A DNA stretch of 64,000 nucleotides from Planctomicrobium piriforme (GTDB lineage: Bacteria > Planctomycetota > Planctomycetia > Pirellulales > UBA1268), in assembly GCA_945871035.1 (NCBI GenBank), contig CAMBUD010000003.1, forward strand, positions 25,238 through 89,237, written 5' to 3'. The stretch's first letter is position 1. The number at the start of each line of letters is the position of its first letter. The notes below the pieces were generated by a model. It ran no database searches, was not told the origin of the DNA, and was given only the letters and a program-made list of their open reading frames with translations. Both the position numbers and the translations under genes were made by a program. Of this stretch, positions 21,648 through 31,884 are shown one piece after another.

Positions 21648-22067
21648 ATGCGGATTGGAATGCCATGTGGGCAAAGTCGTTGGGCTCGACTGTACGCTCG
21701 ACCACTGCTGAAAAAGCTGGTCGCTATCTGCATATTCACGATTGCAGTTGGTTTGATCAGCACCGCCACCACACATGCAGAGGCTGACGACCACGGTCGC
21801 CAGAAGGTCAGTCGTCACGGAGACGCGAAGCCGCTCTCACATGGCACACCGCAGAAACGGGCAGCCTACCAGCCTGGCGCCACGCCCTATCAGACCGAGC
21901 ATGGCCAACGCCCAAAATATTTTGTGCCGCCAACCAACCCGCGCACGCCAACTTGGAAAATGTATGGCACTCCCCCGGGTGCCGTTCCGGGCAACTGGCC
22001 GACTTATGCTCCGCTGGGATTCGGTGGGTATCGCTTCCCAGCTGTGGGCAGTCAGGCTTACCGCTAA
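21648..22067 (+). CDS. hypothetical small secreted Pro/Tyr-rich protein
   Basis: AGGAGA lies 8 nt upstream of the ATG. An N-terminal hydrophobic segment (LVAICIFTIAVGLISTATTHA) is followed by a low-complexity Pro-rich tail. I recognise no family. Confidence 0.45.
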   Translation: MRIGMPCGQSRWARLYARPLLKKLVAICIFTIAVGLISTATTHAEADDHGRQKVSRHGDAKPLSHGTPQKRAAYQPGATPYQTEHGQRPKYFVPPTNPRTPTWKMYGTPPGAVPGNWPTYAPLGFGGYRFPAVGSQAYR

Positions 22068-22135
22068 GTTTCTAGCGGTGTGCTGCTGCCTTGAACCCGG
22101 TCGTCGATGCGGCCTTTCCGGGAAGCCTCAGCGCT

Positions 22136-23188
22136 ATGAAAGACTTATTAGAGGTCACCCCTGCTGGCATGTACTGTGCGCAGGGCGACTTCTACATCGA
22201 TCCCTGGAAAAGCGTGCCGCGAGCGATCATCACGCATGCCCATGCCGACCATGCGAGACCTGGCTGCGATCGCTACCTCTGCGCTTCTCCCGGTAAAATC
22301 GTGCTCCGCACCCGCATCGGTCGTGCAGCTTCTATCGACACTGTGCGTTACGGCGAGACGCTCTGGATCAACGGTGTAAAAATAGTGCTGGCACCGGCTG
22401 GGCACATCCTGGGATCAGCACAGGTGGGACTCGAGCATCAGGGCATGAGGTGGGTGGTAACGGGTGACTACAAAATGCAGACCGATCCGACCTGCGCTGC
22501 CTTTGAACCGCTCGAAGCCGACGTCTTGGTAACGGAGTCGACGTTTGGCCTACCGATCTACCGCTGGCCAGATCCGGAGAAGATTGCCGCTGAAATCAAT
22601 CAGTGGTGGCGTGACAACCAAGCCGCCGGCCGCAGCAGTGTGCTGCTGGCCTATGCGCTGGGCAAGGCGCAGCGACTGGCTGCCATGATCGACCCGACAA
22701 TCGGGCCAATCGTGGCGCATGGCTCAGTGATGAAAATGGTGCGGGCGTACCGTGACAGCGGCGTGCGTCTGCCACCCATCGATGGAGTGCCCCCGCAGGC
22801 TCGCAAAGTCGGTGGCGGCCGTGCGCTCGTCATCGCACCGCCATCAGTGGCAGGCCACCGCTGGCTCAAACTATTTGGCAAAACCAGTCTGGCAATGGTC
22901 TCGGGTTGGATGCTGCTGCCCGCTGCGCACCACAACCGTGTTTTTGAGCGCGGATTTGTCCTCTCCGATCACGCCGATTTTCCTGGTCTACTTTCCGCAA
23001 TCGAGGCCTCGCGGGCAAAGCGGGTGCTCGTGACGCATGGCACAACTGAATCGCTAGCCAAACTGCTGCGAGAACGCGGCCTAGACGCCATGTCCCTGCA
23101 CACGCCATTCACCGGCGCGCTGCCTCCCGATCAATCTGCCGATCTGCTCGAGAAGCTGGCGGGCAGCGATGCAACGCAGGCCGAGTAG
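22136..23188 (+). CDS. ligase-associated DNA damage response exonuclease (MBL / beta-CASP fold)
   Basis: LLEVTPAGMYCAQGDFYIDPW, THAHADHARPG, PAGHILGSAQV, VVTGDYK, ESTFGLPIYRWPDP and a C-terminal VTHG. Confidence 0.75.
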   Translation: MKDLLEVTPAGMYCAQGDFYIDPWKSVPRAIITHAHADHARPGCDRYLCASPGKIVLRTRIGRAASIDTVRYGETLWINGVKIVLAPAGHILGSAQVGLEHQGMRWVVTGDYKMQTDPTCAAFEPLEADVLVTESTFGLPIYRWPDPEKIAAEINQWWRDNQAAGRSSVLLAYALGKAQRLAAMIDPTIGPIVAHGSVMKMVRAYRDSGVRLPPIDGVPPQARKVGGGRALVIAPPSVAGHRWLKLFGKTSLAMVSGWMLLPAAHHNRVFERGFVLSDHADFPGLLSAIEASRAKRVLVTHGTTESLAKLLRERGLDAMSLHTPFTGALPPDQSADLLEKLAGSDATQAE

Positions 23189-23228
23189 AGAGGTTGCCGT
23201 CGCTTTTGAATGCGTTGCATGACGGAGC

Positions 23229-24200
23229 TCAAGCCTCTGTGGCTAAAACCGTCTGAAAAGCCTGCGGCAACGCAGCGATAACATCGGTGGCTGTCATCGA
23301 TCTCTCGGTGTGCACAGCCGCAGCACAATCACCGGCGCGGCCGTGAACCCAGACAGCCATTCTCGCGGCAGCGAAGGGCTGCAAGTGCTGGCCGAGCAGT
23401 GCGGCAGCGATACCCGTTAGCACATCGCCTGTGCCGCCTGTGGCCATGCCGGGATTTCCTGTTTCATTGTGAATCTGCTGCTGCGGATCGACCACAAAAG
23501 TTGCGGGGCCTTTGAGCACGACCACCGCATGGATCGCTCGCGCCATGTCAGCTGCCGCATGCTCGAGCGCATCTGGCCGGAGGTGCTCGGATAAAAAATC
23601 GGTGGGTAACAAGCCAAGCATCTCGCCAACGTGAGGCGTGAGCAGTCGCGGCCCGGCATGCTCGGCGCGCTGGGGGAGATCCATTTGTGACAATCCCCAC
23701 AGTGCGTCGGCATCAAAGACGGCGGGTTGCAAGAGTTCTGCCCACAGATGCTGGACGATCCCGGCAACGGCTGCGGAGCGTCCCATTCCTGGACCAATTG
23801 CCACCGCGTCGGCCAGTCGCACCCGTCCAATGATTTCCGCAATCGCTGAGGTATCGAATGTGCCCTCTGCATTGCTCGGTAGACCACGCGTCAAAAGACA
23901 GGGGTCAAAACTGGCGGCAATCGCAACCACTGCTTGGGGGACAAGCATCTCCACGATACCGGCACCGCTGCGCAGCGCAGCCATTGCCGCTAGGGCCGGC
24001 GCTCCCGCCATACCGGCTGAGCCGCCGATAATGACGACCCGTCCGTAGTCACGTTTACTCGTATCGAGCCTGCGCCGCGGCAGTCGGGGCAAATCGGGCG
24101 GCGGAATGATCGGCGGCAGTTGGCCTGTACTTGCAGAACTCCTCGGCATGACACAATCTCCAAAAATCCGTTGCCCGGTTGCCCACAGTCCGGCTCCCAT
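23229..24200 (-). CDS. nnrD: ADP-dependent NAD(P)H-hydrate dehydratase
   Basis: KRDYGRVVIIGGSAGMAGAPALAAMAALRSGAG, VLKG and GNPGMATGGTGDVLTG. ATG 24149 is an alternative start. Confidence 0.85.
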   Translation of the reverse strand: MGAGLWATGQRIFGDCVMPRSSASTGQLPPIIPPPDLPRLPRRRLDTSKRDYGRVVIIGGSAGMAGAPALAAMAALRSGAGIVEMLVPQAVVAIAASFDPCLLTRGLPSNAEGTFDTSAIAEIIGRVRLADAVAIGPGMGRSAAVAGIVQHLWAELLQPAVFDADALWGLSQMDLPQRAEHAGPRLLTPHVGEMLGLLPTDFLSEHLRPDALEHAAADMARAIHAVVVLKGPATFVVDPQQQIHNETGNPGMATGGTGDVLTGIAAALLGQHLQPFAAARMAVWVHGRAGDCAAAVHTERSMTATDVIAALPQAFQTVLATEA

Positions 24201-24288
24201 ACCATTTACCTTGACTGATCTGGAGTGAAATGACTACCTTCGCCTCCACTGATTCTCGTTCTGATTTTTAAGGAAATAGAATCCTCCT

Positions 24289-24750
24289 ATGAGTGCAGCA
24301 CAAAATTCAGGCGACATTTTCGATGTGAAGAAGGTTCGCCGTCTGATCGAGCTGATGAAAGAGCACGATCTGGCCGAGATCGATCTTAAGCAAGCAGACC
24401 AGCGCGTCCGCATCAAGCGGGGGGGTGAGGTGGTTGCACATCCCACACTAGGTCCTAAAACTGTCGCTGTTTCCGCCGTTGAAACGGCTCCCGACAACAC
24501 TGCCCGCATGCTTGTCATCACGAGCCCGATGGTTGGAACGTTCTATCGCTCGTCGAGTCCGGAAGCTGCCCCACTGGCAAAAGTGGGCGATCGGATCGGG
24601 CCTGAGAAAATCGTCTGTATCATCGAAGCGATGAAGGTATTCAACGAGATTCCCGCCGGTGTTTCCGGACAGGTCGTCGCCATCCTAGTGGAAAATGGCG
24701 CTGCGGTTGAATTTGGCCAACCGCTGATCAAGGTCGATCCAGAGGCGTGA
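24289..24750 (+). CDS. accB: acetyl-CoA carboxylase biotin carboxyl carrier protein
   Basis: The C-terminal biotinyl domain has the CIIEAMKVFNEI biotinylation motif. Confidence 0.9.
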   Translation: MSAAQNSGDIFDVKKVRRLIELMKEHDLAEIDLKQADQRVRIKRGGEVVAHPTLGPKTVAVSAVETAPDNTARMLVITSPMVGTFYRSSSPEAAPLAKVGDRIGPEKIVCIIEAMKVFNEIPAGVSGQVVAILVENGAAVEFGQPLIKVDPEA

Positions 24751-24804
24751 CGGCAATCTGGAGTGGCCACTGCCGGTGCTTTTTAAGACCCGAGGCGGAA
24801 GTCT

Positions 24805-26148
24805 ATGTTTAAAAGGATTCTGATAGCCAATCGCGGTGAAATAGCGCTGCGAGTGATCCGTGCCTGCCGCGAGATGGGCGTGGAAACGGTAGCAATCTAC
24901 AGCCAAGCCGACCGCGACGCCTCCTATTTGGAACTCGCTGATGAGGCGATCTGTGTTGGATCGGCGCGGGCCGCCGATAGTTACCTGCGCATCGATCAGG
25001 TGATCAGTGCCGCTGAAATTGGCAACGTGCAGGCGATCCATCCTGGTTACGGTTTTCTTTCCGAAAACGCGCACTTTGCTGAGGTGTGCCGTTCTTGTAA
25101 TATCACTTTCATTGGCCCCACTCCCGAAGCAATGGCTCTGGTGGGAGACAAAAATTCCGCCCGCGCTCTGGCCCGTGAAGCTGGTGTGCCCTGTGTTCCT
25201 GGCAGCGACGGTATTGTTGCCAACGAACAGGAGGCAGTCACGATCGCCCGCTCGATCGGCTTCCCCGTTTTACTCAAAGCCACGGCTGGTGGCGGTGGCA
25301 AGGGCATGCGAGTGGCGTCCAACGAGCAGGGCCTGTCGTCGGCATGGCAGCAGGCTTCCGCTGAGGCACTGGCTGCTTTTGGAAACCCCGGCATTTATAT
25401 CGAACGCTACGTCGAACGGCCGCGACACGTGGAGGTGCAAATCCTCGGTGACACCCATGGCACCCTGCTGCATCTTTGGGAACGCGACTGCTCAACCCAA
25501 CGGCGGCACCAAAAACTCATTGAAGAAAGCCCCTCGCCGCGACTGGCTGAAAAGACCCGTCGTTCCATGTGCGAAGCAGCCGTACGGCTCGCCAAAAAAG
25601 CTGGCTACCACTCGGCTGGAACGGTTGAGTTTATTGTTGATCAGGAGGGTAACTTTTATTTTATCGAGATCAATGCACGCATTCAGGTGGAGCACCCGGT
25701 GAGCGAGATGGTAACGGGCATCGATCTTGTTAAGGCGCAGATTCGCGTGGCTGCCGGCGAAAAACTTGGTCTGAAGCAGGACGACATTGTGGTTCGCGGC
25801 GTGGCCATCGAATGCCGCATTAATGCCGAGGATCCGGCCAATGGATTTAGGCCCTGCCCCGGCCGGATCGATCGCATCATTGCTCCCGGTGGCTTTGGCG
25901 TGCGGTTCGATTCGCATGCTGCTGCCGGCTACGTTGTGCCCCCGTACTACGATTCGCTCATTGGCAAGTTAATCGTGCACCAACCGACACGCCACGAGGC
26001 GATTGGGACAATGATCCGGGCCCTGAGGGAATTGCGCATCGAGGGGATTAAGACCACGGTTCCACTCCACCTTGAAGTGCTTGCCAACTCGGCCTTTCAC
26101 AGCGCCGATGTCGATACAACGTTTGTGGAACGCATGTTGGCTGGTTAA
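24805..26148 (+). CDS. accC: acetyl-CoA carboxylase biotin carboxylase
   Basis: [55 protein letters not shown]. Confidence 0.93.
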   Translation: MFKRILIANRGEIALRVIRACREMGVETVAIYSQADRDASYLELADEAICVGSARAADSYLRIDQVISAAEIGNVQAIHPGYGFLSENAHFAEVCRSCNITFIGPTPEAMALVGDKNSARALAREAGVPCVPGSDGIVANEQEAVTIARSIGFPVLLKATAGGGGKGMRVASNEQGLSSAWQQASAEALAAFGNPGIYIERYVERPRHVEVQILGDTHGTLLHLWERDCSTQRRHQKLIEESPSPRLAEKTRRSMCEAAVRLAKKAGYHSAGTVEFIVDQEGNFYFIEINARIQVEHPVSEMVTGIDLVKAQIRVAAGEKLGLKQDDIVVRGVAIECRINAEDPANGFRPCPGRIDRIIAPGGFGVRFDSHAAAGYVVPPYYDSLIGKLIVHQPTRHEAIGTMIRALRELRIEGIKTTVPLHLEVLANSAFHSADVDTTFVERMLAG

Positions 26149-26175
26149 GTATTTTTTCTTAGGAGGCGGTGTGTA

Positions 26176-27495
26176 GTGAACGATACCGGAGAGTCTTTAT
26201 CGCGTCCCTCGAAGGCTTCTTATCAGTTTCGCCGCGTAGCGATTCTGTTTGCCGGTGGCCCTGCCCCCGGTGCCAATGCCGTGATTTCAACGGCAGCGAT
26301 CTCATTTTTGCGCAACAACTGTGAGGTTGTTGGTATGAAGCACGGCTACTCGTCGTTGGCCGAATACTCCACGACGAATCCTCTCGTTGAAGGCCGCGAT
26401 TTTGTGTGGGTAACCCCTGCTTTCCTCAAACGTTCGCGATCCAGCCAGGGAATTCTTCTCGGCACAGCTCGCACCAATCCCGGCCGTTTGATTGCTGCGC
26501 CAGAGCACTTCGACGATCCCGTGAAAGTGGCCCCGCTCAAGAGCGTCTACGATGGATTGCGATCGCTTGGTGTTGAGGCTTTGATTTCAATCGGTGGCGA
26601 CGACACTCTCAAAACAGCCAACAAGTTCAAGCTCTATCAGGATCGCTTGCCGGCTGGCAGCCCGAAAATTCCCGTCGTGCACCTGCCAAAGACCATCGAC
26701 AATGACTACATGGGAATCGACTTTACATTCGGTTATTTCACCGCGGTCGACACGCTGGGCGCTGAAATCCGGAATCTGCTCTATGACGCCGAGGCCGGGC
26801 GAACCTACTACCTCTGTGAAACGATGGGCCGCAGTGCTGGCTGGCTCTCGTACGGTGCAGCAATCTCAGGCGAGGCCAGCCTTGTCATCAGTGTCGAAGA
26901 CATCTACGGAAAGTTTCGCGGAGAGGAAACTATCCGCAATGCTGCGGGTCAAGAACAGATCAAGCCGGTTATGAACACCGAAGAGGTCGTGGGCAGGATT
27001 GTAAAGACGATGCGCGTTCGCGAGGAACAAGAAGGGAAGCAGTATGGCGTCATCGTGCTGGCCGAAGGACTGGCTGAATTCCTACCCAGCCGAAGCCTGG
27101 CGGGCATTCCCCGCGACGAACATGGGCACATCTCAATCGCGCACGTGCAATTAGGGCGGATGTTCGCCAAATTAGTAGCCGACGAATACCAGCGACAGAC
27201 GGGACGTTCTCGTAAGGTTGTCGGCCTGCAACTGGGCTACGAAGCCCGCTGCGCCCAGCCGCATGCATTTGACATCATGCTCGGAAGTCAGTTGGGAGTA
27301 GGCGCCTACAGAGCCCTAGCCGAGCAGGGCTTGAATGGCGTGATGGTGAGCGTATCGGGGCAATTGGCTTTAAATTATGTGCCGTTTGATGAATTGATCG
27401 ATCCCAAGACGCTGGTAACGGTTGTCCGTTATATCCAACGCGGCAGCGACTTCCACAGCCTTGCGCGATTCCTTGAGACCTCTGTGAATGAGTGA
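26176..27495 (+). CDS. 6-phosphofructokinase, probably pyrophosphate-dependent
   Basis: GGPAPGANAVI, GGDDTLKTA (Asp rather than Gly in GGDGS, which is the PPi-type signature), PKTIDNDY and MGRSAGW. GTG start. Confidence 0.8.
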   Translation: MNDTGESLSRPSKASYQFRRVAILFAGGPAPGANAVISTAAISFLRNNCEVVGMKHGYSSLAEYSTTNPLVEGRDFVWVTPAFLKRSRSSQGILLGTARTNPGRLIAAPEHFDDPVKVAPLKSVYDGLRSLGVEALISIGGDDTLKTANKFKLYQDRLPAGSPKIPVVHLPKTIDNDYMGIDFTFGYFTAVDTLGAEIRNLLYDAEAGRTYYLCETMGRSAGWLSYGAAISGEASLVISVEDIYGKFRGEETIRNAAGQEQIKPVMNTEEVVGRIVKTMRVREEQEGKQYGVIVLAEGLAEFLPSRSLAGIPRDEHGHISIAHVQLGRMFAKLVADEYQRQTGRSRKVVGLQLGYEARCAQPHAFDIMLGSQLGVGAYRALAEQGLNGVMVSVSGQLALNYVPFDELIDPKTLVTVVRYIQRGSDFHSLARFLETSVNE

Positions 27496-27524
27496 TCGGG
27501 ACGCGGAGGCCTCTGTTGACTTTG

Positions 27525-27552
27525 GCTGTACGCACGCTGTACGCACGCTGTA
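27525..27552. repeat. 11-bp tandem repeat in the pfk / hisB convergent spacer
   Basis: gctgtacgcac occurs twice and is followed by a partial gctgta. A second mini-repeat, gactcgga x2, follows at 27561-27576. Confidence 0.85.
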
Positions 27553-27646
27553 AAAAAAGCGACTCGGAGACTCGGATCGATCCCCTGTGTTGCAAAGCGC
27601 CGCTGCGCATTCCGGGGCAAAGCCTGCGCCTGTCCCAGCCGGGGTA

Positions 27647-28243
27647 TTAGCCGAGCGTAAGCGTGCCCTTTGTGCTGGGCACGCCTGACTGACGCGGATC
27701 GGATTCGATGGCCAAACGCAGAGCTCTTGCGGCCGCCTTAAAAACGGCTTCTGCGATGTGATGGCCGTTGCGGCCATGGTGCAGAGTGGCATGCACATTC
27801 GCCGCAGCGGTGGCGGCAAAGCTTTCCCAGAAGACCTCCACGAGTTGGGCATCAAATGCACCGATCGTGGGCACGGGGAAGGCAACGTCAAAGACAACGG
27901 CTGCGCGTCCACCAAGATCGATCGCTACAGTGGCCAACGCCTCGTCCATCGGAATAATCGCGTGCCCATAGCGACGGATGCCGCGCCTGTCTCCCAAGGC
28001 CTGGTTCACACATTGGCCCAGCGCGCGAGCAACATCCTCCACCGTGTGATGACCATCCACGTGGAGGTCACCATCGCAGCACAGCGTAAGATCGATCAGC
28101 GAGTGACCGGCAAGCAACGTGAGCATGTGGTCGAAGAAGCCTAGACCTGTAGCGACGTCGGCCTTGCCTGTGCCATCTAAATCGACCGACAGACGGATGC
28201 TTGTTTCAGAGGTTTTACGTTCGACAGTGGCAGTGCGTTTCAT
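27647..28243 (-). CDS. hisB: imidazoleglycerol-phosphate dehydratase
   Basis: [31 protein letters not shown] and [14 protein letters not shown]. The start is set at MKRTATV (ATG 28243), because the longer ORF-track version overlaps hisC. Confidence 0.9.
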   Translation of the reverse strand: MKRTATVERKTSETSIRLSVDLDGTGKADVATGLGFFDHMLTLLAGHSLIDLTLCCDGDLHVDGHHTVEDVARALGQCVNQALGDRRGIRRYGHAIIPMDEALATVAIDLGGRAAVVFDVAFPVPTIGAFDAQLVEVFWESFAATAAANVHATLHHGRNGHHIAEAVFKAAARALRLAIESDPRQSGVPSTKGTLTLG

Positions 28244-28278
28244 CGTTTTTTCAGAGAGTGAAAAGGGGTTTGTGCTTC

Positions 28279-29358
28279 TTAAAGGGTTTTCATGCAGTTC
28301 ACAAAGGCTTCGATCTCGGCATCGGTGCCAACGGTGATGCGTAGGCCATCGCCCCAGTTGTCGTAGCGCATGTAGCGGATGAGGATGCCATTTTTCTTCA
28401 ATTCCTCGTAAAATGGCTTGTGCGGACGTTCGGGATGGGTGCACCACACAAAGTTGGCTTGGCTTTCTTGTGCCTGAAAGCCGAGAGCCCGCATGGCATC
28501 GGTCAGCCGTTGCCGCGTGGCGATGATTGCCTTGCGGTTGGCGGCCAACCATTGTTGATCGTCGATGGCAGCAGTAGCGGCAGCGATGGAGAGCGTGTCG
28601 CAGTTGTAGGAATCTTTCACCTTCCGCAGTTGCTCGATGATATGCGGTTGGGCAATCGCAAAGCCAAAACGCAGGCCTGCCAAAGCGTACGACTTGCTCA
28701 AGGATCGCGTGACGATGATCTGTTTACTTTGCCGGACCAGATCGATGCAGTTGGTGTCAGAAAAATCGGCGTAGGCTTCGTCCACAACGAGCGCACAGGG
28801 CAGGCGATCGGCAAGGTCCTTGATGCGACTCGGGGACAACAGCGTGCCTGAAGGGCTGTTGGGATTGGCGATGATTGCCAGTCGGAGGTCTGCTGGCGGC
28901 ACGGCGAAGGCCTCGTCGAGCGTCCAATCGCGTTTGTAGGGAAACTCGTTGCAGTGGGCCCCCTGAATGCCCGCCAGCGTGCGGTACAAAATGTAACTTG
29001 GGTAAGGCACTCGCAGGCACTCCCCCGACCCCACAAACGTGCGCACGAGGATTGTCAGCAGATCATCGCTGCCGTTGCCGCAGACGATCCATTCTGGATC
29101 AATGCCAAGAACCTCCGACGCTCGCATTCGAAACGCTGTAGCAAGCGGATCGGGATACTTGGCCAGCGTGCGGTCGGTCGTCGTAGCAATGATCGCCCGA
29201 GCCACTGCCGGAGACGGTGGGTAGGGATTTTCGTTGGTGTTGAGCTTGATCCACTTGCCCCCCTGCGGCTGCTCACCAGGCGTGTAGGGCGTGAGCGCGG
29301 CAATGCCTGAGCGCAGGAGGACATCCGAATCGTCTGGGCGTGGCGGTGTGTCAAGCAT
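28279..29358 (-). CDS. hisC: histidinol-phosphate aminotransferase
   Basis: [27 protein letters not shown] and the PLP lysine context [18 protein letters not shown] 29358 is preferred over the TTG at 29394. Confidence 0.88.
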   Translation of the reverse strand: MLDTPPRPDDSDVLLRSGIAALTPYTPGEQPQGGKWIKLNTNENPYPPSPAVARAIIATTTDRTLAKYPDPLATAFRMRASEVLGIDPEWIVCGNGSDDLLTILVRTFVGSGECLRVPYPSYILYRTLAGIQGAHCNEFPYKRDWTLDEAFAVPPADLRLAIIANPNSPSGTLLSPSRIKDLADRLPCALVVDEAYADFSDTNCIDLVRQSKQIIVTRSLSKSYALAGLRFGFAIAQPHIIEQLRKVKDSYNCDTLSIAAATAAIDDQQWLAANRKAIIATRQRLTDAMRALGFQAQESQANFVWCTHPERPHKPFYEELKKNGILIRYMRYDNWGDGLRITVGTDAEIEAFVNCMKTL

Positions 29359-29562
29359 GGAAGGCAACCATTGCTGGAAAGAGAGTACTTCCAAAGTCTA
29401 CATCACTGAGGGATCGCGACTGCAGCGAGCGGCAGCGGCACAATCGGCATATTCGGGCTCATCGTTTGTAAAGATCGTGAGCACCGCCACGCACCAGTGC
29501 CAGCCAGCTTTTTTCTTACCGTGCGGCAGGGAGGCAATCAACACCATCGCCGCCGGTTGGGG

Positions 29563-30936
29563 CTACAGGCCTGATTCTTCACGCACCTCAATACTCCGAC
29601 GATGGGCCGTGAGGCCCTCGATACCGGCAAGAGTTTTGACGTCATCAGCCACTGCTTTCAGATCGGCTGAGAGCAGTTTGATCACGCTGCCGCCTCGCAA
29701 AAAATCGTTGGCTGAAAGCCCCGCTGCAAATCGGGCAGTGCCACCGGTGGGCAGCACGTGTGACGGACCTGCCGCATAGTCGCCGGCAGCCACTGGACTA
29801 AACGGGCCTAGAAAGACGGCGCCAGCATGCCGGATTTTCAGCAGCATTTGCTCGGGATCGACCGTATCGATGGAGAGATGCTCGGCGGCTAGTTCATCGG
29901 CAATCTGTGCTGATTCATCCGCATGCGCCGTGATCACGATTGCTCCAAAACGCTGCAGGCTATCGCGCGTTAAGCTGCTGCGTTCTAAAACAGCCACCCG
30001 ACGCTCAAGTGATTCGGCCACACGGTCGGCCAGTTGCGGACACGACGAGAGCAGAATGGCCGACCCCGGTGAGTGTTCTGCCTGTGCCAGCATATCGGCC
30101 GCTATGTGCTCCGGATTGGCGGCCGCATCAGCCACAATCACAATCTCACTCGGGCCGGCAATCGAATCGATTGACACCTCGCCGTAGACATATTGCTTTG
30201 CCAAAGCCACGAATAGATTGCCGGGGCCGACAATTTTGTCGACGCGTGCCAAGCCCGCTACTCCATACGCCATTGCGGCCACCGCCTGCGCACCGCCGGC
30301 ACGCACGACAGTCTTTACCCCTAATTCGTGACACGTCGCCAGTACATGGATGTTTTCTGATCCATACTTTGTCGGCGGCACCACGACAACGATCTCCGCA
30401 ACACCCGCCACGTTTGCCGGCACAACCGTCATGAGCAGCGTTGACGGATACGCGGCCGCGCCGCCGGGCACACACACACCCACACGATCCAGCGGCACAT
30501 ACCGCTGCCGCAACACACCGCCGCCCGGCAAGGCAATTTCAACATTCTGCGACAGAATCGCTTGTTGGAATCGCTCCACCCGCGCCTTAATCCTGCGGAG
30601 AGCACCCAGAAAATGAGCATCGACGCTGGCGTGGGCAGCAGCCAAATCAGCAGGGGCCACGAATAAGTTTTCCGGTTTCACTGTCACGCCGTCGATGCGA
30701 CGCGTGTAGTCGAGCAATGCATCGAGTCCCAAGGCCTTCACGTCTGCACAGATACGGGCCACCACCTGCCGCGGCGTGAGTGGACTGCCGAAGACATCGA
30801 TCGTGCGCTGCTGCCCAGCCGGGCTGATCATTTCACCCTGCGAAACCAGCCGGAGCCGCAATGCATCCAGCTGGCTGCGTCCATCGGGGCGGGTGAGATC
30901 GATTCGTTCGCAGAGGATCGGAAGCACAGCAGCCAT
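29563..30936 (-). CDS. hisD: histidinol dehydrogenase
   Basis: VGVCVPGGAAAYPSTLLM, GGAQAVAAMAYG, GPGNLFVALAK, AGPSEIVIVAD and QAEHSP. The start is set at the internal MAAVLPI (30936), because the 60-aa upstream extension has no HisD counterpart. Confidence 0.88.
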   Translation of the reverse strand: MAAVLPILCERIDLTRPDGRSQLDALRLRLVSQGEMISPAGQQRTIDVFGSPLTPRQVVARICADVKALGLDALLDYTRRIDGVTVKPENLFVAPADLAAAHASVDAHFLGALRRIKARVERFQQAILSQNVEIALPGGGVLRQRYVPLDRVGVCVPGGAAAYPSTLLMTVVPANVAGVAEIVVVVPPTKYGSENIHVLATCHELGVKTVVRAGGAQAVAAMAYGVAGLARVDKIVGPGNLFVALAKQYVYGEVSIDSIAGPSEIVIVADAAANPEHIAADMLAQAEHSPGSAILLSSCPQLADRVAESLERRVAVLERSSLTRDSLQRFGAIVITAHADESAQIADELAAEHLSIDTVDPEQMLLKIRHAGAVFLGPFSPVAAGDYAAGPSHVLPTGGTARFAAGLSANDFLRGGSVIKLLSADLKAVADDVKTLAGIEGLTAHRRSIEVREESGL

Positions 30937-31153
30937 AGTGCCCCAAGAATACACGCGCCGCAAGCCTTCGCCCAACTCACCAATCCAGAATTGTTTGTCG
31001 CAACTTGAGATTGCTCTTTTGAGCACCGGGCTGCGTGCTGTTGAAGAATGCACTGCCCCCTGCACGGCCCTTTTCCCTGAATCGCACCGCAGCGGGTTGA
31101 GCGCGGTGGTGGTCACTGGGTAGTCTCATGGTCTTTGTGCACAGGAGGAACGC

Positions 31154-31816
31154 ATGTCCCGAATTGCCTGCGGCCTAAAACTTGGGCTTTCCAAAGCCGC
31201 AGCCACGCGTCTGAGCAAGCCGCGAACGCCGGAAGGCATTCAGGATTTTGTTAATTCTCTGCCTTGGAACTTCGAGTTTGGTGGCTGGTCGGCCCTCTCG
31301 GTGGCCGGGGTGTTGGAGCACAACCATGCGCATTGCATCGAAGGCGCATTGATTGCCGCCTATCTGTTTTGGATCAACGGCCAGTCGCCGTTGTTGATGG
31401 ATATGGGAGCTGCCAAAGGGGATGATGACCACGTGGTTGCGCTCTTTCGTCGCGGTCGCTACTGGGGAGCGATCTCGAAGAGCAACACTCCGTTTCTGCG
31501 CTACCGCGATCCGATCTACCGCTCGCTGCGTGAATTAACGCTGTCGTACTTCCCGCACTACATCAAGCACCGCCGCAAGACGCTGCGCACCTACTCCGTA
31601 CCATTCGACCTGCGCCGTCACGATTCGAACCTATGGGTGACCCGCGCGGGCTTCTGTCAAGAAATTGTTACCGGCCTAACTGCATCCCGTCACTATGCAA
31701 TCGTGCCTCCCGACATGAAAACTCGCTTGCGGCCTCTTGATGGAATCGAGGCACAGGCGTCACTCCTTAAGCAGTGTGTGAGCGTGCGCGGAAAAAGTAT
31801 CCTGCAGTGGCCGTGA
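31154..31816 (+). CDS. hypothetical protein with a possible Cys-His-Asp (transglutaminase/NAT-like) arrangement
   Basis: 220-aa ORF with coding-like composition. The only suggestive features are HCIEGALIAA, then DDDHVVALF about 38 aa later, then RYRDP. Confidence 0.5.
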   Translation: MSRIACGLKLGLSKAAATRLSKPRTPEGIQDFVNSLPWNFEFGGWSALSVAGVLEHNHAHCIEGALIAAYLFWINGQSPLLMDMGAAKGDDDHVVALFRRGRYWGAISKSNTPFLRYRDPIYRSLRELTLSYFPHYIKHRRKTLRTYSVPFDLRRHDSNLWVTRAGFCQEIVTGLTASRHYAIVPPDMKTRLRPLDGIEAQASLLKQCVSVRGKSILQWP

Positions 31817-31884
31817 CCGCTTTGTGCCTGCGGCTCATGCTTCCGGTGCGGGCAGCAACTCAATTAGCCACGCGTGTGCATCGC

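Noticed and set aside
28244-28552. N-terminal extensions offered by the ORF track for hisB (to 28552), hisD (to 31116), eno (to 55296), ribE (from 55188) and the DUF4242 protein (from 18267).
   Set aside because: The extensions overlap neighbouring genes or promoter regions and have no counterpart in the respective families. Internal starts reproduce the canonical N-termini ([41 protein letters not shown]).
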